From the human T2T-CHM13v2.0 reference genome, Homo sapiens, in assembly GCF_009914755.1 (NCBI RefSeq), contig NC_060942.1: a stretch of 64,000 nucleotides of DNA; one strand, given 5' to 3'. A model generated the notes under the pieces. The model was not told the DNA's origin and searched no databases. It saw only the letters and a list, made by a program, of their open reading frames with translations. Shown in pieces: positions 16,022 through 30,569 of the stretch (position 1 is its first letter; each line of letters opens with the position of its first letter). The position numbers and the translations under genes were made by a program.

Positions 16022-16218
16022 ACAATTTGGCAAACTTTTTCTTAAAAGGACACATTAGTAAATATTTTAGGCTTTGGGGGTCACATAGCTCCTGTTGCAA
16101 TTATTTGACTCTGTCCATGTCTTGTGAAAGCAGCCGTAGATGACACATAAGCAAAAGGGTGCAGCTTCATTGCAATAGAGTTTTATTTACAAAAACAGGT
16201 GAGCAGGAGTTTGCCATC
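16022..16218 (+). mobile_element. MER58A (hAT-Charlie)
   Basis: ttggcaaactttttcttaaaagg...tagtaaatattttaggcttt...ttttatttacaaaaacagg. Confidence 0.8.
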
Positions 16219-16299
16219 CTCACCTGCTGGGTGAGGCAACTTTCCTTCTTTACCTAAGAAATTTCACTGATGCAAAAATACAAAGAATATTTCCATAAC

Positions 16300-17330
16300 C
16301 TAGGCCCTCACTATCTCTTACCCAGCCTATTGCAGTAACTTCAAATTTATCCCTGGCCTCAGGGTGTCCCCACTCCAACTCATTCTATGCACTCCATCAT
16401 AGTTTTATCTCCAAAATTTAATTCTGATTACCTGACTACCCTGCATAAAAACTTCCCATGCCTTCCAGTTGTTTCAAGAATAAAATGCAATCTCTTTACC
16501 ACGGCTTAGAGAATTCCTATTTGGTTCCAACCAAGCTGTAAATTCTTTCCTGCATATGCTAGCCTCCAGCTCTATTGAGGTGTTGAACATTCCACAGGTA
16601 CGCCACACTCTCCTATGTCTTCAAATATTTCACATGCTGTATCAGAGTAATTAATGAAAACGGCCACAATAGACACACACAACACAATAAAATTCTATTA
16701 CTCTTTCACACAAAGTACCATGCAGGTCAAGGAGGGCTCTCTTCTTTCCAGTGACTTAGGGATCCAGGTTCCCTGTTTCTTGTGACTCAGTTGGCTCAAC
16801 ACATTTCTACCAAGTATGTGGCAGCAGGAGAAGGGAGAAATGGATGAAGCATGCCAATGCTTGAGTGCCTAGGATACTAAGTCATGCATCATTTCTGCTC
16901 ACAACCCTATTCACTAAGGATCCAATTCAACCCTATTCAATCACAAGGATCCAATTCAAGTACAAGAAATCTAAAAAATACAGAGGAGCACATTGACAAT
17001 TTCTATGCACAAATTTTCTCTGCCACACAAGCTATGACCTTTGCTTGAAATATCTTTCCACTTCTCTTCCTAGAAAACATCTTCTCATTTTCCGGGTCCT
17101 AATCCAGTATCACCTTCTTAACCTCTTCCGACAATTATTTCCCCCTCCCCTATGTTCCTGTAAGTCTCCATACAAATCTGTGCATATAGATCATCCCACT
17201 TTACCATTATTTGTCTGCACAACTAACTCCAAGTCAGAAGACAAGACATTATCTTTCTCAGTGACTCACTTCCCAGCACCATGCCAGGCACCTATAAAGG
17301 CAGAATATGTATTTTTCTATGTGAACAAAT
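16300..17330 (+). mobile_element. L2 fragments split by an MLT1 LTR
   Basis: L2-like tgcataaaaacttcccatgccttcc...aataaaatgcaatctc; 3' end cccagcaccatgccaggcac. Confidence 0.55.
16638..17027 (-). mobile_element. MaLR LTR (MLT1K/L-like)
   Basis: tg...ca ends (tgtatcag / tctgccaca); internal gtgacttagggatccagg also seen at ~29430. Confidence 0.55.
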
Positions 17331-19067
17331 GAGCCCCCAAAGTGAGCTATAGAAGGATTTGCCCATGGAAACAAAATAAGCAAAGAGGATTGATTCCTCA
17401 TGAGTCCTCATGAGTCCTTGTCATGGGTCTGAGTTACCAGTTAAGAGTGAAACTACCTATGGTAAGTGAGCTCTCAGAAAGGGTGATTTCTGGACCAAAT
17501 ATACTAAAGTTTAAAACATCTAAAAGAGCCACGTAATTATAGTGTGCCCTGTAAAGTTTAAAACAATATAACCCTTTCATTCTGGAACCGGAAGACTTGG
17601 GGCGTTTCCAGTTGGGAGCAGGAGTTATTGCTTAGACTCCATGTCCTAGGGCTTTCCTCTGAGAAAATGAGAGGGGTAGCCGGTGGTACTAATATTTCCA
17701 GGCAACTGGCCAAATTAGCGATCCCAGGTATGTGTGTGGGTTGTGAGACCCACTGTCCTTCTCTCATGCTGGCATTTGAGTCCCTTCCCATGCCTAGTCA
17801 TGCTTTTTTTTATCTTTAAAATAAAGATCAAATTTGGAAAAAGTCGGTAGACTCCATCCCATTTCCAAAGCAGAGAAATGTTAGAAACTGGAAGTTTCCA
17901 GATGGCTGCCTCACATTTTTTGGTAGCCTGCTGCATTCTGACTGAGGTTAGGTAACCATAACAAAAAGCAAAATGAATGACTTCAGTGAAAAGTTTGCCC
18001 GGGGCAAAGCCAAGAGTTATGATATTTCTGCTGGATTACAATCAACAGAAGCAACTTTAACTGATGTCGGTTTTGTTCAGAATTCTGGAGATACGTATAA
18101 TATATCCAAGGACTTTTAAAGATTTTCAAGCTTTTGATATTGCAGTTGAACAGCTTGCTTGGCCAATTTTTATCCCCCCTGCCCCAAAGCATTTATTAAT
18201 GAATCTAAGTCATGAATTTGTGGCTAGTGCAAAATAGCTACCTTTATATCAATGTCCTGTAGTTTATAAGTTCACCATTTTCCTGGAAGAATCTAGAATC
18301 ATATTAGCTGTGACTCTCCTAAGCATGTCTCTCAATGAAACCCTGTCATTAGCACCAAATATTCCAGCAGTCTAACTAGCTGTGGGCAACATCTCATCTC
18401 AATGACAAAATCTGCCATCAGCCTCAATTAATTTGGAGAGCCTGTCTCATCAGAAAAGCTCCATGACAGATCTACTTCTGGTGCTAATGTTAACACGCTG
18501 CCATCAGGGCAACAGTCAAAACACATTTGAGTTCTGGGCTCCTGTGAAAACTTATCACTGAAGCACACTCCTTGCTGAAGGACAGGAGCTGCCCTTCGCT
18601 GAGGGTGAAAATTGGTTCCGTGGGGAAAGCTTCAAAGCCATTTCAGCCATTAAAATGTGACTGAATGTATTAGGAAAACAGGAGGGGTTGAAGCAGAGCG
18701 TGGAGGTGCCATGGGGACTGGGAAAGAACCTGCTCCAGAGAGTGGCCGAGTGACTGACCATGTCACCATTCTCGGGAGCAGAAAGCGTTGGTGCCACAGC
18801 CTCATTACAGTCAGGCGGTTTACCATACCAATTATTGGTGTACTGACCACGTTTAGATAGACTTCATATCAAAAATTAATAATGCCAATGAGGAGTGCCA
18901 CTCTCATTCGGGTGTGGAACTTGTTGCTCAGAAGGAAAATAAAGACGATGTAGTCTTGAATCTAGAAAGCACTTTAAGTCTGTTTACCAGAGAAAAACTG
19001 CTTGAAAGCTTCATAAAACAAGAGAATGTTCAGCTGTGGCCAGGTATGATAAGAGTGGCCTTCTCTA

Positions 19068-19522
<455 letters not shown>

Positions 19523-19894
19523 TAGAGAATACAAAGTAAGCTTTGAGTTCACCTCCTAGCCCAGCTGCCCACTCAACAGATGACCTTATAGATGGACTTC
19601 ACCTTGCTATCCTTCCATCCTATTCCAACTAGAAAATGGTTAGTCATTCCAAACACTGTGGCCCAAACCTGCCACTCCACCCCATATCCCCTGGGGTGAA
19701 GCATAACCTATTCTGGAAGCCTCTATTTCTTCTGCAAAGACTGCAGGATTACACAGATGTTCTCTGACCTCATTTTGCATAAATCTAGGTCCTCTGAGGA
19801 ACTGAGCAGAGTATTACTATAGAAAAAAAAATTTTTTTGTTCTGGGCTTGGAGTTGGAAAAGACCAAAAAACTCCAGATCAGAATCCATCCAGA

Positions 19895-20102
19895 TCGGGG
19901 TTGGTCAAATCTGGCTGGCTGCCTGATTTTGCAAGTTAAGTCTTACGGAGGCACAACCATGCTCACCCATTACTTATTGTCAAAGGCTACTGTTGAGCTA
20001 CAACAGCAGAGTCAAGTAGTTGCAACAGAGATGGTGCGGCCTGCAGAGCCTAAAATGTTTTGTCTCTGGCCCTTTACAGAAAATATCTTCAGATGCCTTG
20101 TC
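19895..20102 (-). mobile_element. MER58A (hAT-Charlie)
   Basis: gtagttgcaacagagatgg...ggcctgcagagcctaaaatgtttt...tctggccctttacagaaaa. Confidence 0.8.
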
Positions 20103-20247
20103 TAGATACACAATCAGTCGCCACTGAAATAGAAACTCAGGGTAAGAGGTGGCGTGTGGGGGGTCAAGAGCTGGAGAGGAGCAAGAGCTTCTGGTTCCAC
20201 AGCAGAGGAGGCTGCACTGGAGCAAATGACATTTTTCTCATACCTCA

Positions 20248-20649
<402 letters not shown>

Positions 20650-21877
20650 TCACATATACTGGTCCACAGACCACACTTGGAGAAATGGGGGTTGATCTGG
20701 CCCTTCAGATGCAGAAAGATGTAAATATATCCCACTGTGCTTAGAAAGTTCATCTGATAAAAATCTGGTCTAAATCTCCCAACTGCAGCTGTGATTTCTT
20801 TTTCCATTTTCTAACAAATTTGGCAAGGAGTGAGGAGAATACGTTTAAACTTTCAGGCTAGTTTAATTAATTCAGCCTAGAATGTGTGTAATTACTCATT
20901 TAATATTCTTCTCAAAATTTATATGGTGACTATTCCAACTCTATACTTGTAAAGATCATTTTAAATTTATGGAACCCAACTTCCAGCAGACCAGAGAGCT
21001 AAATGTAGTTTTGACTTGTACTATCACATAAACAAGTGCTGGTTCCAAATGAAACCTTCGGGCATTTTGGAATTAGGAAGTCCTAATCTCTCAAAAACGC
21101 AGATGGGCGGATAGCTTACACATGTCAAGGGAATCCTCAGGGTATGGTGAGAAAACTGACTGATACCTCTGAGGTTACAAAGAAAATGTTGAAAATTGTC
21201 CACTTTACAAATAAATGCAGAATTGTCTAGAATTCCATAAGAATTCTAAAAGAACTGAAAAATAAGAAAGAATTTTTGTTCTAAAACTGAGCTATTTTAA
21301 ATGCTTTTTGTTATACAAGCTATAAGATCCCATTATTAAAAATGTATAAAATAGAGAAAAGAAAATCCACCCGTGGTTCCACCATCCAAACATAGTCACT
21401 GTGATGAAAAAAACTCTCGACGTTTAAAATTACCGAGAATCTGTTTTCCTGCTATAGAAAGAACTGTTTCTAAATTGTCAATGAGCTAATAAAAACCACA
21501 AAGTTCAGTGATAACAGGTAACCAGGACCCAAATAATGATTAGTTCTTCATAGTAGCATCAACAACATACTCTCCATAGAGCCCTCCCCATCCCAACCTT
21601 CAAGACATAATCTCAACCCCTTTCCTCCATTCTATTCCTTCTCCCTAGTTTCTCTTTCTCTCTCCCTTTCTTAATTGGCTATAATATAATTACAACTTAT
21701 GCTGATTGAGCCCTGTGCTGAGCACCCTGTGAGTAGGTACTATTATATTTTAATGTTACCAGTGAGAATCTGGAAGCTTAGAAAAGGAGTGTGGCCAATT
21801 GTTATTATTGTGATCCCAAATTTATTCACAGCTCTCTATATGTATGCCTATTCAAAAAGTGGCATCTATTTCTCTAG

Positions 21878-22410
<533 letters not shown>

Positions 22411-22429
22411 TTCTAAACCTTAAATTTGG

Positions 22430-22787
22430 TCTTAGTCATGTGAATTAATTTATTTCATGGGACAATAGCAAATGAGACATAAGTCAAGGCTTGATAGATG
22501 CTTGCTCATTGGAGCTTACCCTCTCTTGCTGCTGAGAACTTTCAGCCACCATATAAAAAAACCCAGCCTAGCCTGTTAGATGAAGAGAGAAGACATAGAG
22601 AAGGGCCCTACCCAAGGCCCTAGACGTGTGAGTGAGCCCAGCCAACACTGTGTGGAGCAAAATGATGCTGTCCCAGTTGAACCCAGCTGAACTGTCAACC
22701 CATCAAATCATGTACAAATACATCGTGATTTTTTTCAGCTACTGAATTTTGGGATAGTTTGTTACACAGCCAAAGCTAACTGACACA
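22430..22787 (+). mobile_element. MaLR LTR (MLT1G/H-like), partial
   Basis: 3' terminus ttttgggatagtttgttacacagccaaagctaactgacaca. Confidence 0.7.
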
Positions 22788-23920
22788 AGTATTTTGCTAA
22801 AAGTCACACAGGCAGGATTAAGATTCAAGCCCAGATGGCCTTTACTCTAGAGCTCAAGTACTTAACCCCATGTTATACTGTGGAACTCCCATGAATCTAG
22901 TTGGTACCATGCATGTAATCAATGCCCAACCATGATGCAGAGTCCCCTTAAAGACAAACATAATGATGAGTTATCTGTCAAGCTGGGGCCAAAGATGGGC
23001 CCATTTCCTGTGTTGCCGTTAGTAGCTCATTTTTAAATTCAGGCCAGAGGCACCTGGGAAATAATTAGCTGCAGTGTTGCTGTCCTCCCATAACAAATTT
23101 GAGGGCAACTCTTTATTTTTGCTAAAGCTAAACAGTTTGTGGCAACAAATGTTACTTACACTTTTCTAGGAATAGAAATGTATTTACTTTTAATCAGTTG
23201 GGGACTCATTAGTGAGGCTGTCTTTATCTCCCTGAGTTTTTGCCTTCTTTGCTTGTTTTTATTGTGGTTTTGTTTTTGGTTTGTTTTCTGCTTTTTTTTT
23301 TCTTTTTGCCCTATATTGGTGTTTTCTTTGTTTTCTACAGAACCCTCTGAAATAAACTATAATGGGCTGAACAAATCAGAAACTGAAGCAACGTCAATTG
23401 CAATTTCAGAGTCAGCCCTTATAATCTACCCGTTTCCACAATCCTTCCCTATGCCTTACAAAAATGAAGGAATAACTGATAATTTAAAATCAAAAGGCTA
23501 AAATTCAAATAATTGAGCTGTATGAAGCATCAATCTGGTGCAAAGCCACTAATGAGAAATTCTGGTAAAGACCATACACCAAAGCATTTCTCAGAAACAT
23601 GAAGCTTTTAAAATATTTTTCCACAATAACAGACTCTGAAAAGATTTACAGACGTAAAACCAAACAGAATGAAATATTTTGTTATATAATAAACTAAGGT
23701 CATGTGGAGAAGCAAATTTGGGTTACTAAATCTGAAAAACAATTATCACTATAACTAACTTGGGTAGCCTGAAGTGAATCAGTTTTTTTTTTTTTTCTCT
23801 TATTTTCTCTACCTGTAAAATGGGTCTCATAACCGTTGTGTTTTGGAATGATCAACAGTAGTGTTTCAGATAGTATGACTTGGGAAAAGTCTGTCTTTGA
23901 AATTCCAGTGATTCTTAAGG

Positions 23921-24222
<302 letters not shown>

Positions 24223-24276
24223 AACTTACGCATTTTTAAAATCCTGGGTCTTCCCAGAATTCTACAATGACCCTCC

Positions 24277-24278
<2 letters not shown>

Positions 24279-24333
<55 letters not shown>

Positions 24334-24362
24334 CTCTCTCTGTCTCTCTCTTTCTCTCTCTT
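24279..24362. repeat. Compound (CA)n(CT)n microsatellite
   Basis: About 25 perfect CA units then an imperfect CT run. Confidence 0.97.
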
Positions 24363-25510
24363 TCAGTGGCATCAGTCACCAGCAAAGAGAGCTCCCCTTG
24401 GTCCCTGCCTGCATCAGAGAGCCAGTTCTGGCCATGGGCTTGGGGTCATCCACCCCGCCTCTCTCCAGCAAGTGAAGTGTAGACACAGTCTGCAGTTCTC
24501 ATACCCATCATCGAATGTGCCTCATGGATAGATTTAGTCATTCAGGAATTTCAGGAGCATCTGGTAAGGGTTTCCCTGCTTACCCTCTCTTTATGTATAC
24601 CCTAATTACCCCTTTTGCCATGGTTTCCAGTGCCCAGTTTTTCCCTCCTGGTCCCTGGTAGGAACTAGAATCTAACTGTGCGCCACAGATAGCAAGCTGA
24701 ACCCTTGGTCCCTCACTGGGTTCTTGCAGCCTGGGGCTGGTCTCCATTTTCTTTCTCACACATAGTCTCAGATCTCTTTAAAGGATGGCCTGGATAAGCT
24801 CCCATCAGATGATAAAAGCTACAGCTTCCCAGAAGACTTTCCATTATATCCTTCTCTCCTACCCTGGATTTTAATGTGCACTTGCTAAGAATTTAGTACG
24901 TCCCACTCATTTGGATCCAGTGTCCTGACAATCTGTTCTTCCCTGGGAAGAAAACTGAAATGTGGCTCTATGTCCCCAGGAAATTTCCCCTGGGCTCTTC
25001 CCTGCACTGATCCCAGTGGTCCAGACTCATCCACTTCCACCTGGCCAAGAGGTGGGGGTACTTCACCATTTAAGGGAGGAAAAACATCTGTTCAGAAACC
25101 CTAAGGACTGTAAAGATTCTCTAATACAAGTGAGCCACCCCTGGGGTATCAACAAAAAGAGAAGAGCGCTACTTAATTCTTGCTTCTTTATGCTAATATT
25201 CTCTCCCACCTCCCAGGGAGAAAAGGACTCTTGGTAAGGAAGAAACTTACTTTTTCTCTTGTGGATTTTGATTGAAACTTTTTTTTCTGATAGCCCTTTG
25301 TAATCCTGTGCTTTTTGGCATCTTCAAATTTTACCAAGCTCTCTCCAGAACACTGCAGAAGATAAGGGCTTGGCTTAGAATATGCCCTGTGTTTAACTGT
25401 ATAATTGCATTGTTTGCATCCCCTTCCATCCTTGCATATCTGAAGGAGCTGTGTGCCTTTGATTCATTCTTAAAACTTGTGTCTCATAACCAGATTGTGT
25501 GTCTGTTTTA

Positions 25511-25815
<305 letters not shown>

Positions 25816-28056
25816 AAAAATTAAAATTTTAAATTTTAAAAAATGGAATTTTTGAGTAGTCAGGGATGAATTCATTTTTCTTACCTAGTTTTCTACCTTT
25901 CCCCATCTCAATCAGAAAGAGAAGACAGATGAGATAAGCTTGGCTATTCAACTGAGATCAGTTTGGCTATTACCTGGTTCCATTAATCCTGTTTTGTGCA
26001 TGTTCCACAAAATATGTAAGCAGATTCTTTGCACCTCAAACCCCAGAGCCTGATGCCTGTTTCTCAACCACAAACTACAAAATACTCGAGAACTCATAAT
26101 CTCCTTTTCTTCTCAGTCAAGTGTGCCTTGGCACTATCAAAAACTCTCTCTTAGAGACAAATTTTCCTCTAAGCTCAATTTACATGGAATGAAGGGCCTT
26201 GGGCAGCAAGCTGCTGGAATTCTTTCAGTATCATGTTTGCCTGCAAAAGGGCATTTACTCCTGACATTTTTGAAGATATTCATTTTACAACCCAATTTTC
26301 ACACTCAAATAATCACCATCTGTGTTGTCCAGTGTAGAATGATCACTGAAAGCAAGGGCGAGTTATTTTCCCCTTCACTTTGTGTTGCTTTTTGTTTTGT
26401 TCTAACTGGTGGGAGCATCATTAATTTAGTATTTCATTTCTAAGTACTATTGCTTTATGCAAAAAGAAAAAGAGAAGGAAGAAGGAAGCGGGGGAAGGAC
26501 GAAAAGAAAGGATACCTGGGAAAGAATAAAATGCAGTAAACCCTAGCAAACTTTTCCTCATGAAACATCATTATTGTTGTTGCTGTTGTTGTTTGTGCCA
26601 CTTTTGTTGCATATTTCACCGTAATCCACTGAGTCGGAAAGATAATCTTTATCCCAATCTGAGATTCTGTAATGTTTGGAAGCCAACTCAATCTACATAT
26701 CGCACTTGATTGATAACTCAGTGCACTATAAACAGGCTCTACTGGCATGTTCATTTCATAGAATTCTTAGGTTCTCCTTATCTGAGGAAGACACCTCAAA
26801 ATGGAACAACTGACACCCTACGAGCCCCAGATCCCTGTACTTCCCCTTTTGTAACACTCATCAGATTTTAAATTACTTGTGCTTATTACCCACTAAGTCC
26901 TATAATATTATGTACCATATCTGTCTTAACTACTCCTAGAGGCACAGTGCCTCTTCAGATTATGTTTGACACTTTCAGTGTGCTCTAAAAGCATTTATTA
27001 ATTGAATTAGATAAATGAGTGAATCTTGATTCTGCTGCCTTTTCTTTCTTAAAAGGGAATCTGAGCCCTTTATATCATAAAAGTACCACAAGAATTATTA
27101 TCCCTCTTAGACCAAAAAAGAAAAAGAAAAAAAAAGGAGAGTGCTCAATATATTTTGTATAAAAATCAGAATGGTTTCCTTGAAAAAATGCATTTTTCAT
27201 ATTAGAGTTTATTTGGGAAAATGGCATAAAAGTGAAGAAAGAACCAATATGCCAAGCAATTACAGAATTTCATGGTGCTTTCCTGTCTCAGCTAGTTTGA
27301 TGGTATTTAAGGCTAAGTCTGATGGAAAATACTTTTCAATGAATTTGTGTTTATTTTAAGATGGGACTAACATAAGCTGAACAGAAAAGAGCAAATATAA
27401 AATTCAGCACACTACCACGCTGCATGAAGTGCTCGCAGGACTTGCTGACCACTCCATAGTAAACAGATACTGCATCAAGCCAGGCAAGACAGAGATGGAA
27501 ACCATATGGGTTTGTAGTAAAATAACAGTTTATCTCCACAGGTGAGAGGAAGTGCCGATGGGAGCAAATACTGTATGCCATTAAATTTAAACCAAACACA
27601 CATTAAGAGCTCTGTTTTGATCTTTGTTGGAGGAAAAACAAAGACATTGGACAACTGGACTAAGTAAGTACCTCTCTGTTCTCTGAGAGGGCGGCGTGTT
27701 TTAGACTACATATTGCCCCATTTCGACAGACCCCGCGTGAGCACATCTGGAGAGGCAAAGCAGTTTAACATCTGTGCTTCTGAAGATTAGAGTTATTGTT
27801 GCAACCACATCAGTGACTATGCATGGGTTTCCATTAATAAACCATGTGACTTATTTTAACTATTATTTTTATTGTCTTATACCTAGGTTGGGGTTTTTCT
27901 TACAAAAGTAAACTCGTATAAGTCCCCTGAGTAGTACTTCCAGAGGTGCTGGCTAAAGCTGGAAAGGAGTAAAAGATTCAAACTAACTGGAATTTATAGC
28001 ATTCCTTCACAAGACAAAAGCAAATGCCTCAATTTAGAAAGTTAACTCACACTATA

Positions 28057-28957
28057 CAATAGTCCACCAATATCTATGGTTTCACTCTCCACAGTTTCTG
28101 TCCCCTGCAGTCAACAACGTCTGAAAATATTAAGTAGGAAATTCCACAAAGAAATAATTTACGGCTGGGTGCGGTGGCTCACACCTGTAATCCCAGCACT
28201 TTGGGAGGCCAAGGCGGGCGGATCATGAGGTCAGGAGATCAAGACCATCCTGGCTAACATGGTGAAGCCCCATCTCTACTAAAAATAAAAATAAAAAAAT
28301 TAGCTGGGCATGGTGGCGGGCGCCTGTAGTCTCAGCTACTCGGGAGGCTGAGGCCAGAGAATGGCATGAACCCAGGAGGCGGAGCTTGCAGTGAGCTGAG
28401 ATCGTGCCACTGCACTCCAGCCTGGGCGACAGAATGAGACTCCATCTCAAAAAAAGAAAAACAAGAGAAATAATTTACGTGCCTGGACATGAATCATCCC
28501 TTAATCCAGAGTCTCCAAGCTGTATACCTGCCCCTTACTCACTTAGGAGCCATCTCAGTTATCAGATGAACTGCAGTAGTATCACAGTGCTTATCTTCAA
28601 GGCCAACAGTAGCCTGACATGACGTCACACTGCCTACATCATTCACTTCCTCTCAGCACATAGGAATTTTATCTTCTCATGTCAGCACAAGAAGAATGGT
28701 AAATGCAGTGCAATATGATAGTTTGTGACAGAGAGGCCATATTCACAGAACATTTATTATAGTATACTGTTAGAATTGTTCCATTTTATTATTAGTTGTT
28801 GTTAATCTCTTACCATGCCTAATTTATAAATTAAACTTTATCGTAGGTATGTATGTATAGGAAAAGATGTCGTGTGTATGAGATTCGGTACTATCTGTGG
28901 TTTCAGGCATCTACTGGGGGTCTTGGAGCATATCCAAGGATAAGGAGGTATACTGTA
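28057..28957 (+). mobile_element. MER44 (Tigger7-derived) interrupted by AluY
   Basis: Ends ta|caatagtcc...atatc and ggataaggaggtatactg|ta; internal tatagtatactgttagaattgttccattttattattag. Confidence 0.78.
28163..28465 (+). mobile_element. AluY-like
   Basis: gaccatcctggctaac and agaatggcatgaacccaggaggcggagcttgc; TSD agaaataatttac. Confidence 0.93.
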
Positions 28958-29292
28958 CTTAGTTCACATAAGCATTCAACACCAGGACTCACAATATCTA
29001 CCTCTATAACAACACAAGCACCAGAGAAAATGCACAGATGCTCTCCGACTTTAAAATACAGATGTATATCATAAGGAAGACATCCATTTTCATGGCAAGA
29101 TCATGTAAGATCAGTTTGGAAATTAAAATGATGGACCTTTTGTTCTTGATTAAGTTCTGGTGATATCAATGGCCTTCTAGGGGGCTCTCCACCATCTTGT
29201 GCTATGAATGTTCATAGTAACAAAACATCTATGCTTTTTTTCCAAGTGAATTATTAATTCATTTGATATAAAAATCAGACACCATCTTATTG

Positions 29293-29710
29293 GTGTATTA
29301 GGGTCATGCTAACTATCACAACAAATAAGCCCCAAAATTTTAGCGGCTTGACACAATAGAATTTATTTCTCATTCATCTAACAATCCCATGAGAGTTTTC
29401 CTGGTCATTTGGGTGATTTCCTCCACATGGTGATTCAGGGATCCAGGCTTCTTCTGTCTTGTGTTGCCACCATCCCCTAGGGCATTAGAGGACTCTGCTT
29501 CCATCCAGGGGAAAGGAAAATGAGAGACCCTACCTACTTAAAAGCCTCAGCTGAATGTGACTACAAATACCCTTTACTCATGTTTTATTGGCAAGAACCA
29601 GTCACATGGCCACTCATGGATGAAAGAGAAGCTGTAGCTGTCTCCTAGTGAAAACTCCACATTATCAAACAAGGCACACAAATATTATTTTGATAAACCA
29701 TCTATACTAC
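29293..29710 (-). mobile_element. MaLR LTR (MLT1J/K-like)
   Basis: tgtattagg...gcttgacacaatagaatttatttctc...attggcaagaaccagtcacatggcc. Confidence 0.7.
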
Positions 29711-30149
29711 AAGTGTCTAATGTAAATCATTCTTGGTTTCCTCATTAACTTCCAAGACACTTAATTTTTGTTGGAGTCAACTGGGGCCAAGGAATAGGTG
29801 AACTCTAGGGTTTTTATACCTCCCATTCCTCCACTGAGAAAATATCTTGGGGACCAGACTCATTTGAAAACTGGTAATCTAGGTAATGATTCAAAAAATG
29901 GCAAATGTCCAAATGTACCCTAAACAGGTTCTCCTAGCTGCTCTTCAGAACACTTGATAGTTTCTGTAGCTAAAGTTATGCCTTTTGCATTGTCTTAGAG
30001 CTGAAGTTGGGAGCCCTCTACCAATTTAAAAAGAATGATTAGTTATCAGTGCAGGATAACTATAAAGAAAAGGTAGTTGCTTTTACTTACTTCCACAAAA
30101 GAGCTACTTAAGCCCTAATGTCACTTGGCCCAATGAGATATACAAATGG

Positions 30150-30569
30150 TGCTATGGCTTGGATATTTGACCCTCCAAACCTCCTGCTGAAATTTGATCC
30201 CCAGTGTTGGAGGTGGGGCCTGCTGGGAAGTGTCTGGGTCATGGTGGCAGATCCCTCATGAATGGCTTGGTGCCATACTCACAGTAATGAGTGAGTTCTC
30301 ACTCTATTGGTTCACACAAGAGCTGCTTGCTCAAAGGAGCCTGGCAGCCTGCCATCTCCCTCCTCTCTCTTGCCTCCTCTCTTGCCACGTGATCTCCAGA
30401 CATACCAACTTCCCTTCACTTTCCCCCGTGAGTGGAAGCAGCCTGAGGCCCTTACCAGCAGCTGATACTGGCGCCATGCTTCTTGTACAGCCTGCAGGAC
30501 TGTGAGCCAAATAAATCTCTTTCCTTTATACGTCAGATTTTTTTTATGCAACACAAATGGACTAAGACA
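30150..30569 (+). mobile_element. MST (MSTB-like) MaLR solo LTR
   Basis: tgctatgg...ctaagaca termini, aataaa near 30510, 5-bp TSD aatgg at 30145-30149 and 30570-30574. Confidence 0.92.

Noticed and set aside
27361-27540. Possible exon (tttattttaag| ... cag|gtgaga)
   Set aside because: Stops in all three frames within 20 nt; such splice-like pairs are common and need transcript evidence.
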